DNA of 52,671 nt from the NCBI GenBank assembly GCA_051453625.1, contig JBOZIK010000001.1, positions 41,499,898 to 41,552,568 on the forward strand. The letters are read 5' to 3'. The DNA is from Welwitschia mirabilis (Eukaryota). Within the stretch, counting starts at the first letter, position 1. Each line of letters begins with the position of its first letter. A program made the position numbers and the translations under genes. Below, one piece after another: positions 12,699 to 25,440 of this stretch. The notes beneath the pieces are model-generated. The model saw only the letters and a program-made list of their open reading frames with translations. It had not been told where the DNA came from and ran no database searches.

Positions 12699-14071
12699 AT
12701 TCATGGTGAAATCTAGCTATGATTGTATCTAATATTAATATATCATAAATAGCAAGATCATCTTAGGAATACAAATTTTTTGTGGTTAAACCCAAGTCTT
12801 ACTCATAATACTAGGACTTCTTCTGTAGAGATAGATTACAAAATCTATTAGTAAAGCAAGCACAATGAAAATGAGTAATAGAAAGTGAAATTATATCAGA
12901 GAAATAGGAATGGGACATAGAATTTAAACTAGTATAATAACTTTATGAAAAAACATAATTACTAAAGTGAAATCATGTAGCTTTTACTTTCACTTAAGCA
13001 TAATGATATAATCCATCATAGACATGAGTACTGATGTAGTTCAAGCTAAAAAATAATGGCGTAATCTTATCCATCATAGATATGAAGGTAATATGTCCAA
13101 TCCACTTAACCTTCATAGTGAGACTAAGATAAGCATGAAAAGCAGGGGTCTCCCAAGATCCATCAAGTAAACATTCAGGTTATGCAAGCTTGAATGAAAA
13201 AGAGAATCATCAATTAGATCTTAAAGTAAAAGCATACCTTGGTCAATCATAAGCATACCAAGTATGAAATAATCATAACTTGATATCAAAGTAATGCACC
13301 AAAAACATGTAACACTTTATTATCTAAAGAGTAAAAGCATATAATCTGAAAATGTATTCTTGATGAACCAAGAAGTATCATACTAGTTTGGTATCTAGTC
13401 CATCCCTATGCAAGGCTTTGAAAGAACTCATGATTAAAACTCCAATCTGTTTCACAATGATGTGATATTATCTGATATAATTCANNNNNNNNNNNNNNNN
13501 NNNNNNNNNNNNNNNNNNNNNNNNNNNNNNNNNNNNNNNNNNNNNNNNNNNNNNNNNNNNNNNNNNNNNNNNNNNNNNNNNNNNAGGTAAGAGAGGTAGG
13601 ATATTTATAGGCTAGAATTATGGTTTATAATTCTAAAGTCCTATTGAGGTTTATTTAAATAATGCCCAAAGTATATGGGATTATCCTTTAGTCATGGGAC
13701 CAAATTGAGGAGTTCTTCTTAGAAAATATCCCTCGTTCATCTTATAGTCACAAAAATGATTAGAATGAATTGCTTTCATTAAGAAAACTCAAGAACATGA
13801 GTTTGGTATTGTTTTAATTAAAGTAATTAGTACTGCTACTCCTAGAACTGGCGCAACTACTAATTATGCTCAACACACCTCTATCTTTTGCCATAATGCT
13901 CCACATGACATATTTATCCTATAAAATAATAGTGTTAAGGTATATTAGCATTGAAACTAGATTTTCATGGAATTAAGCATAATAAATATATGAAAATATT
14001 GTGATGATTAATTAAACATGCTAACAAGGGCTTAATTCCTCAATGTAAATGTCAATTTTTACATGTTATCA
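12699..14071 (-). mobile_element. 3' LTR (~1.37 kb) of a minus-strand Athila-like element
   Basis: Minus strand PPT-like TTTGATTTGGGGATA then TGATAACATGTAAAAATTGACATT. The whole block is the inverted homolog of the LTR at 45146..46440. Confidence 0.7.
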
Positions 14072-14449
14072 TATCCCCAAATCAAACTTTTTCTAGCACC
14101 TTAGTAAAAATGTGTGTTAAAAAATAGATAACATGGTAAAAATTTCAAATCAACTCAGTCAAGTATATAAAGATGAAGGGATTGTTAAAAGAAAAAAAAG
14201 CAGATGTACTTCTAAAGTTATACTTAAGCAAAACGTAAAGCATAAGTGAAAATGCCACTCCCTTCAATCAAATCTAAAGTATTCACTAATATAAGCTACA
14301 ATAAGATCCAAAATAGAACAAATCTTTTCCAAGTTCATGAGGAAAAAATGGCATGTCATTTTTGGAAAAGATTCCTAATAAATTCAAGTAAAGCTTACAT
14401 CTTACATTAAGATATTAACTAATTCATCATAAGTTTTCATTAGAAAGTT

Positions 14450-16662
14450 TTTTAGGGCTGAAGTGTATAGATTTCAAAGGCCTTACAAATTTTTAAAGAA
14501 GTTAAGATTAATATGCCTCTTTTAGAAGTAATTAAAAGGATGCCCTCATATGGAAAATTCCTTAAAGACATGTTCATCATGAAAATAAGCATGAATGTTA
14601 AGAGCAAAGGCCTTCTTAACTAAACAAACTAGCACAGTCATTCATAATTAGTTCTAACTAAGTATAAAGATTTAGGTTACTCCATGATAACTATAACAAT
14701 TGGAGATAAAATATTAAGTAAGCCTTGCTAGATTTGGGAGTAAGTGTTAACATTTTATCCCATTACATTTACAAGGAACTTGGATTAAATGATTTTAAAT
14801 GTACTAAAATCCAATTAAAATTGGTAGAAAATTTTGTAAAGTCACTTTTAGGAATAGTTAAGGATGTAATAATTCAAGTTAATAACTGCTATTTTCTAGA
14901 AGACTTTAAATTTTTAGAAATGAATGTGACAAACGACAATTTACTTCCCATCATTTTAGGAAGATCTTTTCCTGTGACTTCAAATACTTTAATCAATTGT
15001 AGGAATGGTTAAATAAGGGTATCATTTGATAACATGACCTTGAACTTAAATATTTTCAACATAATGAAATCACTAAGCAATCTTAAAGAGGCTAATTGAC
15101 TTAATGAAAATTACAACTTTGAATGTTCTCCTCCTTAACAAAATAATCTTGAATATCACTTCTCTGACTCCAAACTTGATAGTTGTAAATCTTTTAAGTC
15201 TTCTACAATAAGTCATCTAATAAACAAGTAGTTTTTGCCTAAGGATGATCTTTTCATAAACACCCCACTTCATCATCAATCATCTTATCATCTATTAATG
15301 CCTTTTCATATGTCAAATCCATTTCCAAATCACTTTATTAAACCCACAATCCTTCACTCAAGCCATCAACCTATGCATTTTTAGAACTTACTAACCTAGC
15401 TTAATGGCCCTTAACCAAAAAATTAATAAGAAGAAATCTCGTTATCATGTGAGTAATGATTAAGATCAAGTTCATTTATGCTTTTTTAAGGAAAAATATG
15501 CTTATTTTAGGTTTGTTGATTAAAACTGTATTAGCTTAGGTCTCCGATTGTAGTAAAAGTGGGTTAAAAAGGTGGGATTTACCTTGTACATATTATTTAA
15601 GTATAAAGCCTTTAATGGGGACAATATTTGTCTTGACTAGGTTAATGAGCTAATGACCCCCTAATGTGCATAAAAAATGACTATGGAAAGATGAACAAAA
15701 GAAAATTATATCTCTGTTCTCCAAATGCACATAATATTAATCACTTAATTAGGTTTAATTAAATACATCGAGGGTATACATGCCTACTCGCAATGTAACT
15801 TTAATGATCTAATCGTGACATGTTTAATTGCATCAGGGCTATAAACGCTCGCTAGTAATGTAGCACTAATTTCTAAATAAATAACATGCTTAACTCTATT
15901 GGTAGAAAAATATCATAATATTGGATGCTTAATGAGATTCAAAGGCTTACAACTAAGGACATGTGCAAAGGTAGAAACAGAAAAAAAAGGAATGACAAAT
16001 GTGGGAATCAAAGGTTTTATGTGAACCATTTTCTATTAACCTTCACACTTAGGATTTTTTATGATTTCTTAAAATTCATATAATTTACTTGATTAAAACT
16101 TCACTTGGTTGATATCATGATCCAATAAAAATACAAAAGTATAATACAAAACTATTAGCTTAGGAAATTTTCTTGATTCTTCATTGGTTTATGATTTAGT
16201 CCATTGATGCATTTATCATCTTCATTTTACTCCACGCCATGTCACTGAACTTCGTAGCCATTTTTATGAGAAATAATTCCTAAGGCATAAATAGTTTTTA
16301 TTAATCGACCTTTCATTTAGTAGTATTTCATATTAGTTAGTCTTTTCTATTTTTGATTATCTACCTTTTTTTGCATAGTTTCTAATAAAAAAGCTCTTTG
16401 TGATTTTTTATAAGGCTTATATTCTCAAATTACTTAAATATTTTTCATCATATAACTTTGAGGATAAAGTTGAGTTATGGTTAATGGGTACAAAATCTAG
16501 TTTTAATGAAAAAATTATTCATTTTAATACCTTAATTGTAAAGCATTGGTAATGAAATTTTTCAAGTTATATCATTCCTTCAACATAAATAATTTTTCCA
16601 TATTTAACCATTTCATTATTGACTTTTTGCTAAGGCGCTAGTAAATTGCTGGTTAGGGGATG
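14450..16662 (+). mobile_element. Athila-like internal region (family B): gag C-terminus, aspartic protease, non-coding 3' region, PPT
   Basis: EVKINMPLLEVIKRMPSYGKFLKD...LLDLGVSVNIL...LPIILGRSF..TSNTLINCRNG. No RT motifs follow. PPT TTAGGGGATG at 16653-16662. Confidence 0.85.
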
Positions 16663-17805
16663 TGTTAACATGTAAAAATTGATATTATAATTAAGTTAAA
16701 TAACTAATTAATATTTATGATATACATTACTATCATCAATTTTATCATAAAAACGTGTCTTATATTAATTTTCACATAAATTATGAACTTATCATGTGCT
16801 CATAACATTTTTTAGGTGAATTATGCTCAATTAGGAGACATGCTTAAAGTTTATCATCAATCAGCCTAAAACACTAATGCCAATGGCTAGGACTACTGGC
16901 ATTACTGGCCCATCTATGCAAAATGCCTTCAAACTCATGTTTCTGGCTTGTTATGAAAAATTGAATTAAATGCAATTATGGGATTAATATAAATCCACAT
17001 TAGAAGTTAATCATATTCTTAACAATACATGGCAGTGCTAACAAAGACTCGTAGAGAGACATTTTACATGGCAGACTAGGATGATAGTGGAGACACATAA
17101 CATTGATAGTGGTTGGTAGTAGATACAACCCTCTAGAGCCAAGTGTTGATATTACCATAAGAATCTATTATAATTATAAAAGAAAATAAACCGTTCCATC
17201 TAATGCCATGATTATGTAACTATCCACCTAATACTACAAGCCAAGAGCTTGTAACCACTCCTCTCCTCCATTTCTTCCTATAAAAAGAACTTAAATCCTT
17301 TATTATATCATCTATGGCTTTGGATAATTGTAGAAACTTGAACATCAATCATGATGAATTTCTAAGAAATTCTTTGGAGGAATGAGCTAGTCTTTAAGGA
17401 TTAATTAGGAGTTCTTCTCACATCTTTATTCAATTATTGTAGTTGTTTTTCTTTTATTTCAAATCATGAGTTAATTTATATTTGGAATGTTTAGAAAGTA
17501 ATTTAATCATTGAAGCTTTATTACTTTTAAGTGTGTTCTTTAATAATTGAACTAAGTCTTTTAACTTTATATATTTTAAGTGCTTAGGGTCCTTACTTTC
17601 TATTATTGTTTAAGGTTTAGAAGATCAAGTGGTAATTGAGTTCGAAATTTCTCATATGGTAAATGAGATTATGTCACCATGATCTAATCCAAAACACTTG
17701 GTAGTTGTAAGTGTATTGTAGGAAGGCATTGGAAAACATTGAAGTGAAGGATTTTTTAACAGCAAATTAGTGATACCTTAGAGCTAGTTTGCTTCCCTAC
17801 TCTCT
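16663..17805 (+). mobile_element. LTR (family B type), 3'-truncated
   Basis: Begins TGTTAACATGTAAAAATTGA directly after the PPT; TATA near 17279. Homologous in inverted orientation to 43384..44159 and 30911..31545. Confidence 0.7.
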
Positions 17806-18562
17806 TTACTTCTTAAATGTCCAAAATATGGTTTTGAGTAAAGAAGAATCATAAGTTTCTTTTATTAAGAACTTTCATCTAGCCATAGTGAATTTGTAAA
17901 AATTATGGGTAGATAAAGCTTTCTAGATCTTGAAATTAATTAGGCTTGAGATTTTCTTGAGATTATAGCTGACAATTCTAAGAATGGATAAAACTAGTAA
18001 GCCATTAAGATCACAACAACCTATTAAGTCCACTAGTATCTTCAAAATCTTCCACAATAATGAAGTCAATCAAAAGTTGGATGAGCTTTCTAAGAAAATT
18101 GAGACTCTTAATAGTAATCCTAAGCCCATAAATTCATCTCTTCATTATAATATTTGTCTTGTAAATATCCATGAAATGTTAGATTGCACATACATCCTCA
18201 TGTTCCAAGCAGTAGTTAAAAAATAAGTCAATTTTATAGGACAACAATGATAAAACAAAAGAGCCAATAACCCTACTCTAAGAAGTCAAGCCTCAAATAA
18301 TCAATCTAAGAGTTCAAATTCCCCTACAACTTCTAATTATTTAGTGTCTATACTTTACAAGTTTATGAAAGCATAATACATCAACACCTTACAATAACAA
18401 TTTAATCAATAAACCTCTTCCACATTGCAAACATTAGATCAAAAAATATACCAACTAAGTCAAACCACCACACACATCCTTACATCACTCAATTAACATG
18501 AGAAGGAAAAGCTTCTTGCTACACATAAGTCTAACCTTGATAGTTGTAAGTTGATGAAATAT
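17806..18562 (+). mobile_element. Athila-like gag remnant (host, left part; continues at 25441)
   Basis: LLKCPKYGF...SFFY...EFVKIMGR..FLDLE...DFLEIIADNS.W-type motifs; colinear with 47880..48645. Confidence 0.75.
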
Positions 18563-21389
18563 TGTTGCAATGCGTATTTATACTTCTAATTCCAATATTC
18601 TAAATATCGAATTTAACTTGCAACATCTAAAAAGCTAAATATCTAGTTGCACACAATACACATTTGTATAGTGGGATCAACCCAAATGTTATACACTTAG
18701 AGAAGAATTTTGAAAGAGAATATAAAAATTTGATTTCATAAAGAGAACAATAAATATTTTGAACTTTTGCTTTCAAGGAAATAAAATTAAACAATGCAAA
18801 GATGAAGATGGAACGTAATGCAATGTAATGAAATGAAATGCAATGTAATGAATGTAATTCTAATGCAATGAACTAATTAAACTTTTAATCTACTATTACT
18901 TAGATTAGTCCTTATAACCTATTTCAATTATAGATTCATGTCACTTAAATTGCAATTAAGATAAGCTATGAGAAAGAACAATAAAACATTTGAAAATATT
19001 TTAATTCAATCAATACTTTTATTAATGAAATTAGAGTACATCCACTTACGATAATAACTTCTCAATGAAATATTCACTGCCTAACACCAAGGTAGTCCTT
19101 CTTATAAGTAGGATGGATTTCCTTACTTCCAACCTATAAATAGGCCCTTTTAGACCCTATTGAATATCATCTTTTGCATCTACATTCTCGTCCTAATCAC
19201 CATACCCATAACACAGAGGACGACCATACTTTCGTCCCCTTTGTCATCCCCATGACATAGAGGATGATCATAATGTCATCTCCTCTATCATCCCCATAAT
19301 AATGAGGACAACCAATATATCTTCATCACTTTGATTTGGTTGATCATTATCCAAAAATGGCTTCTTATTTGGAATATTATTACATATTTTAGCCTGTATG
19401 GAAGATTTATAGATTTTGCATAAATCCCTAGAAAAACCTGTCAATAGGACTTGAAAATGTACTTCACAAGTGCATTAAATAGGTTAAGTTCACATTACAA
19501 CATAGCCCTTCACTTAGCATTTATCAGTCTTTGATAAAGTCAACGAATAATAAGTTGTGAGCCAACTGACAAAAAGAAACTAAAAACATGAATATCATTT
19601 AGAATTAAGAGTAAAACATGCGAAATACATCTATGAAAAAGCATAAGTAAAATTGATTTATATTATAAATCATTAAGTTTAACATCATAAAAAAGTTTTA
19701 TAAGTCATGAAGGAAAGGTAAAGTAGGGTAAGATTTCATAATTGCAAGGTTAAGAGGCAAAAAAGGTTATAAAAAGGGAGATTGTTAAAAAAAAGGAGAG
19801 CATTAATACTATCATGTAAAAGGATGGTTAAGACAGAGGTCAATTTTGATTTTATGTATAATAATCAAGTGATGAAATATGTAACAAGTAGATTAGAAAA
19901 TGACAAAGTCCTAAACATTATTTTGGAAGTGATAAGAAAATGACTTTGAGAAGATAAACCTTCAAACTAAGATTAGAAAAGAAGGAAAATAGACCCTCCA
20001 AAAAAAAAAAAATCAAATTTAGCAAAATTTCTTAGTAATATTATAAAGCTACTTGATATAAAAATGCATGATTCAATGTAGAACACCATAGAATGCCATT
20101 CAAAAGGGTAGTAATGATGTTTTGACTATGATTCAATCCCTCTTCAGCTATGACAACCATAGTACTTTGATAAGATATCATCCAATAATCAATATACTCA
20201 NNNNNNNNNNNNNNNNNNNNNNNNNNNNNNNNNNNNNNNNNNNNNNNNNNNNNNNNNNNNNNNNNNNNNNNNNNNNNNNNNNNNNNNNNNNNNNNNNNNN
20301 ATGACAACCATAGTACTTTGATAAGATATCATCCAATAATCAATATACTCATATGCTTATGAAGTATGTGCCTTAGAGTAATGGGATTTTTAGTCAATGA
20401 AGTGTTGAACAATACCGTTCATCATGATGAGGGGAATGCAACTATTGCCAAGAGAATAAGGATCTGCAAGCCAAAGCTAGATCCTGACCAACTAATCCTT
20501 TGGTGGAGTTTCCATAGCTATTATATCATACTGTCAAAGGTCCTCTTGGGAAAATTTGCCCTGATATGCTTATGGTAGTACATCATGGTATAATTGGAAG
20601 AGGGTGATTCATTTTTCTTTTTCTTTCTTTTGTTTCTTTCTTTTTTTTCATATTTTCCTCTTACTTTTTATTTTCTTAATTATTTTCCATTGAANNNNNN
20701 NNNNNNNNNNNNNNNNNNNNNNNNNNNNNNNNNNNNNNNNNNNNNNNNNNNNNNNNNNNNNNNNNNNNNNNNNNNNNNNNNNNNNNNNNNNNNNNNNNNN
20801 NNNNNNNNNNNNNNNNNNNNNNNNNNNNNNNNNNNNNNNNNNNNNNNNNNNNNNNNNNNNNNNNNNNNNNNNNNNNNNNNNNNNNNNNNNNNNNNNNNNN
20901 NNNNNNNNNNNNNNNNNNNNNNNNNNNNNNNNNNNNNNNNNNNNNNNNNNNNNNNNNNNNNNNNNNNNNNNNNNNNNNNNNNNNNNNNNNNNNNNNNNNN
21001 NNNNNNNNNNNNNNNNNNNNNNNNNNNNNNNNNNNNNNNNNNNNNNNNNNNNNNNNNNNNNNNNNNNNNNNNNNNNNNNNNNNNNNNNNNNNNNNNNNNN
21101 NNNNNNNNNNNNNNNNNNNNNNNNNNNNNNNNNNNNNNNNNNNNNNNNNNNNNNNNNNNNNNNNNNNNNNNNNNNNNNNNNNNNNNNNNNNNNNNNNNNN
21201 NNNNNNNNNNNNNNNNNNNNNNNNNNNNNNNNNNNNNNNNNNNNNNNNNNNNNNNNNNNNNNNNNNNNNNNNNNNNNNNNNNNNNNNNNNNNNNNNNNNN
21301 NNNNNNNNNNNNNNNNNNNNNNNNNNNNNNNNNNNNNNNNNNNNNNNNNNNNNNNNNNNNNNNNNNNNNNNNNNNNNNNNNNNNNNNNN

Positions 21390-22500
21390 AACATGTATTT
21401 CAAGCCATTAGATAAGTCTTTAAGTTGAAAATTATTTTCATCCTTCATAGTTGTAGAACACCCATCTTGATGTAAAAGATTTTCAATGAATCTTACATGT
21501 TGAATATCATGATCAAGTATGAGTTTAAAGTCCTTATAAGAATCATTATTGGAAGAGTGGTTTAAAATATTTGGGTTAAGATTGCAAGGATTGGAGGAGT
21601 TTAAAGATTTAAGACTAATAGAATATTCTTCCTCATCCTCAAATAAGGCAGAGTTATGTAATGAAAGGAGCCTTTCTTCTAAAGGATGATGTTGAACTAA
21701 CATGGATGACCTAACTTTTTCTTCTATGTCNNNNNNNNNNNNNNNNNNNNNNNNNNNNNNNNNNNNNNNNNNNNNNNNNNNNNNNNNNNNNNNNNNNNNN
21801 NNNNNNNNNNNNNNNNNNNNNNNNNNNNNNTTATGTAATGAAAGGAGCCTTTCTTCTAAAGGATGATGTTGAACTAACATGGATGACCTAACTTTTTCTT
21901 CTATGTCAAATTCATCTTCCATGTCTTTTTTAGCGGCATTGAATACTTTGATACTAAACTTTTTGTTGTCTATATGAAATTTCATCATCCCTATACGAGT
22001 ACCAATGACATAATGGGTTGTTGCACAAAAGGCTCTTCCTAAAAGTAGAGGGTATCCATCATTATGTTCAACCTCTATAATAACCACATGTATAGTATAG
22101 AAAGCTTTCTCGATTTCAATCACTAAGTCTTTGATTATTCCTATAGGTTTCTTAGTTGATGCATTAGCCAATTCCAACACTATTTTGGTAGGTTTAATTC
22201 TTCTTTCTAATCCAAGCTTTTTACAAATGTGTAAAGGCATAATATTGACCCTTACTCATATGTATATTAGAGCTTTCTTGATTTTTTTTATTTCCTTCTA
22301 AAATAACACCAATATTGGCTGCCCTTGGATCTTTAAAACTTAGGAAATTTCTGAGAAACTAAGTTGGAAAGAGATTGGGAAATGAATACTTTACTTGAAA
22401 TTAGTCTCTTTTATTTTCTTTTCACTAAGTCCTTCCAAATTTTGTTGTACTTGGGATTATCTTAAAGGATCTTCCAAAAGGATAGGTTGATAACAACATC
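21390..22500 (-). pseudogene. Retrotransposon aspartic protease region (family A)
   Basis: MPLHICKKLGL...IKPTKIVLELANASTKKPIGIIKDLVI...YPLLLGRAFCAT...QLKDLSNGLKY. The 530-aa ORF call is inflated by N runs. Confidence 0.85.
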
Positions 22501-23430
22501 ATTCATGATTGCTTTCAAACATTTGTCATAAGTTGGATTGTTCTTTGATCTCTTCAGCCATGGGGTACTCTTATCCTTAGAATGTTGGTTGTTGTTATTG
22601 GATTTATGAAAGTTTAGTTAATCAAGAATTTTAAGATCATCTTCTTGAGGTTTTCCTTTATGGATAGAAGTTGAAAGTTTCTAATGAGGAGTAGTGTTAT
22701 GTCCACTTCTAGTATTAGGATGATTAGGCAAAAGAGAAGAGGAAAAATTTTCAAAAATTTTTAAAGACTTAGGAGTATGTAAACAAGAAATAATAAATGC
22801 AGAATAATCATTGTGCTTAATTTAAATAATTAAAATTTTCTTTCTCACCTTGAGTTCTTAAATTAAAGTTCATCAAATATTCTTTGATTGCTTCATTAAG
22901 AAAATGTCTTTCAAGAGTGTATTTGCTTTTACTACTATGTACCATTACCATGTAAGATCAATTTATATTAAACAAACTTCTTTACATTCAAGTGGCATTA
23001 ATATCCAGGATCGCATAAAGGTGCAAGGAGTAGGATATACCAAAATGAATGTGGCAATTACTTAGATCACATAAAGCACAAAGTATAGGTCAATTTTGTT
23101 AAAAATAATAATCAATATGGTAATCCCCAAGATCACACAAAGTGCAAGGGATAGACCTAATAGATTACTGAATTTAAATATGAATTCTTAAAATTATACT
23201 TAAAAGTAAAGAAAAGAAAATTACCAGAAATAAAAATTATAATTTCCAATAAAGGAAATTAAAGTACATTCCAAATGAAAAATTAAACAATTACTTATAA
23301 ACCAAAAGATAATCAAGAGATTGCAAGTATATCCAAGAGGATAAAATACAAAACTACTCAAATAAACAAATTAAAATGAATTCAAAATACTTACTTAAGT
23401 AATGACAATATTTTTTTTCTCTTTAAGTCT

Positions 23431-23448
23431 TCCCTAGCAATGATGCCA
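23431..23448 (-). other. Primer-binding site, tRNA-Asp type (Athila), deaminated
   Basis: TGGCATCATTGCTAGGGA vs canonical TGGCGCCGTTGCCGGGGA, 3 nt inside the LTR end. Confidence 0.75.
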
Positions 23449-25440
23449 AAATGTCTTGATGCATATTTGTGCTTCTAATTCCAATATTTGAAGGATCGAA
23501 TTTAACTTACAAAATTTGAAAAGATAAATATCTAATTTCACACAATACACATTTGTACAATGGGATCAATCCAAATGTTATACACTTAAAGAAGACTTTC
23601 AAAAGAGAATATGAAAAATTACTTTTATAAAGATAAAATAAATATTTTGAACTTTCACTTTCAAGGAAATAAAATTAAATAATCCAAATATAAATATGGA
23701 ATGTAATGCAATGTCATGAAATGAAATCTAATGTAATGAATGTAGTTCTAATGTAATGAATTAATTAAACTTCTAATCTACTATTACTTAGATTGGTTAT
23801 TATAACCTATTTTAATTATAAATTCATATTACTTAAATTGCAATTAAGATATGTTATAAGAAGGAGTAATAAAACATCTAAAAATATTTCAATTCAATTA
23901 ATACTTTTATTAATGAAATNNNNNNNNNNNNNNNNNNNNNNNNNNNNNNNNNNNNNNNNNNNNNNNNNNNNNNNNNNNNNNNNNNNNNNNNNNNNNNNNN
24001 NNNNNNNNNNNNNNNNNNNTAGAGTACATCCACTTATGACAATAACTTCTCAATGAAAGATCCATTTCCTAACACCAAGGTGATCCTTCTCACAAGTAGG
24101 ATGGATCTCCTTGCATTTAAAAATCTCCAATTATCATAAGAATGTAGATGCAAAAGATGATGTTTAATAGGGTCTGAAAGGGCCTATTTATAGGTTGGGA
24201 TAGGTTGCTAAAAGATGTGAAATAAAGAGGTGTGAGTTAGATCTACCCTTTCATAACAATTTANNNNNNNNNNNNNNNNNNNNNNNNNNNNNNNNNNNNN
24301 NNNNNNNNNNNNNNNNNNNNNNNNNNNNNNNNNNNNNNNNNNNNNNNNNNNNNNNNNNNNNNNTTTGTACTTTTAGTTCCAATATTCTAAAGATCGAATT
24401 AACTTACAACATCTGAAAAGCTAAATATTTAATTACATACAATACACATTTGTATAGTGGGATCAATCCAAATGTCATACACTTAGAGAAGAATTTTGAA
24501 AGATAATGTGAAAAATTGATTTCATAAAGAGAAGAATAACATCTTTTGGAATTTTTCTTTAAAGGAAATAAACCTAGATAATGCAAGATGAAGATGGAAT
24601 GCAATGCAATGGAATGAAATAAAATGCAACTTAATGATTGCAATTCTAATGTAATGAATTAATTAAACTTCCAATCTACTGTCTCTTATATTGATCATTA
24701 TAACCTATTTAAATTACAAATTCATGTCACTTAAATTGCAATTAAGATAAGCTATAAGAAAGAACAATAAAACATCTTAAAATATTTCAATTTAATTAAT
24801 ACTTTTATTAATGAAATTAAAGTACATCCACTTATGACAATAACTTTTCAATAAAAGATTCTCTGCCTAACACCAAGGTGGTCCTTCTAATAAGTAGGAT
24901 ATATCTCTTTGCCTTCAATAATCTTCAATTGTCATAAGAATGTAGATAACGAAGGATGATTTAAATAGGGTCTAAAAGGATCAATTTATAGGTTGGAACA
25001 GGTTACTAAAGGGTGTGAAACAAAGAGGTATAAGTTAGATTCATCCTTTGATAATAATTTAATTAAGTTTTCAAATTATTTTGAGTGTCATCCCCTCATG
25101 TCACTTCTATGACATAGAAGATGACATCCCATCTATCAACTAATACTTACAATGTGTCAAAAATGCTGACTATCATCCTGATCATCATCCCCACAACACA
25201 GAGGATGACTATACTTTTGTGACTATCATCTCCATGATAGTGAGGATGACTAATATATCTTCATCACTTTGCTTTGGTTGATTATTATCCAAAAATGGCT
25301 TCTTATTTGGAATATTATTACATCTTTTGGACTATATGGAAGCTTTGTAAATTTTGCATAAATCCTTGGAAAAACCTATCAATAGGACCTGAAAATGTAC
25401 TCCACAAGTGAATTAAATAGTTCAAGTTGGCATTATAACA

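Larger units (their letters stand above)
18563..25440 (-). mobile_element. Nested non-autonomous Athila-like LTR element (family A)
   Basis: TG...CA termini; 5-bp TSD AATAT/AAGAT; LTR copies at 18563..19502, 23452..24263 and 24364..25440; PPT at 19503..19516; tRNA-Asp PBS at 23431..23448; protease on minus strand. Confidence 0.85.

Noticed and set aside
20151-20350. Direct repeats flanking 100-N gaps (also near 21.7, 26.8, 39.2, 44.8, 50.6 and 52.0 kb)
   Set aside because: The same sequence on both sides of a placeholder gap is typical of unmerged contig overlaps or haplotypes and is not credible as tandem repeats without reads
20594-22240. Long ORFs of 273 aa and 530 aa, and other X-rich ORFs in the track
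   Set aside because: Their length comes from N runs; only the protease part is real
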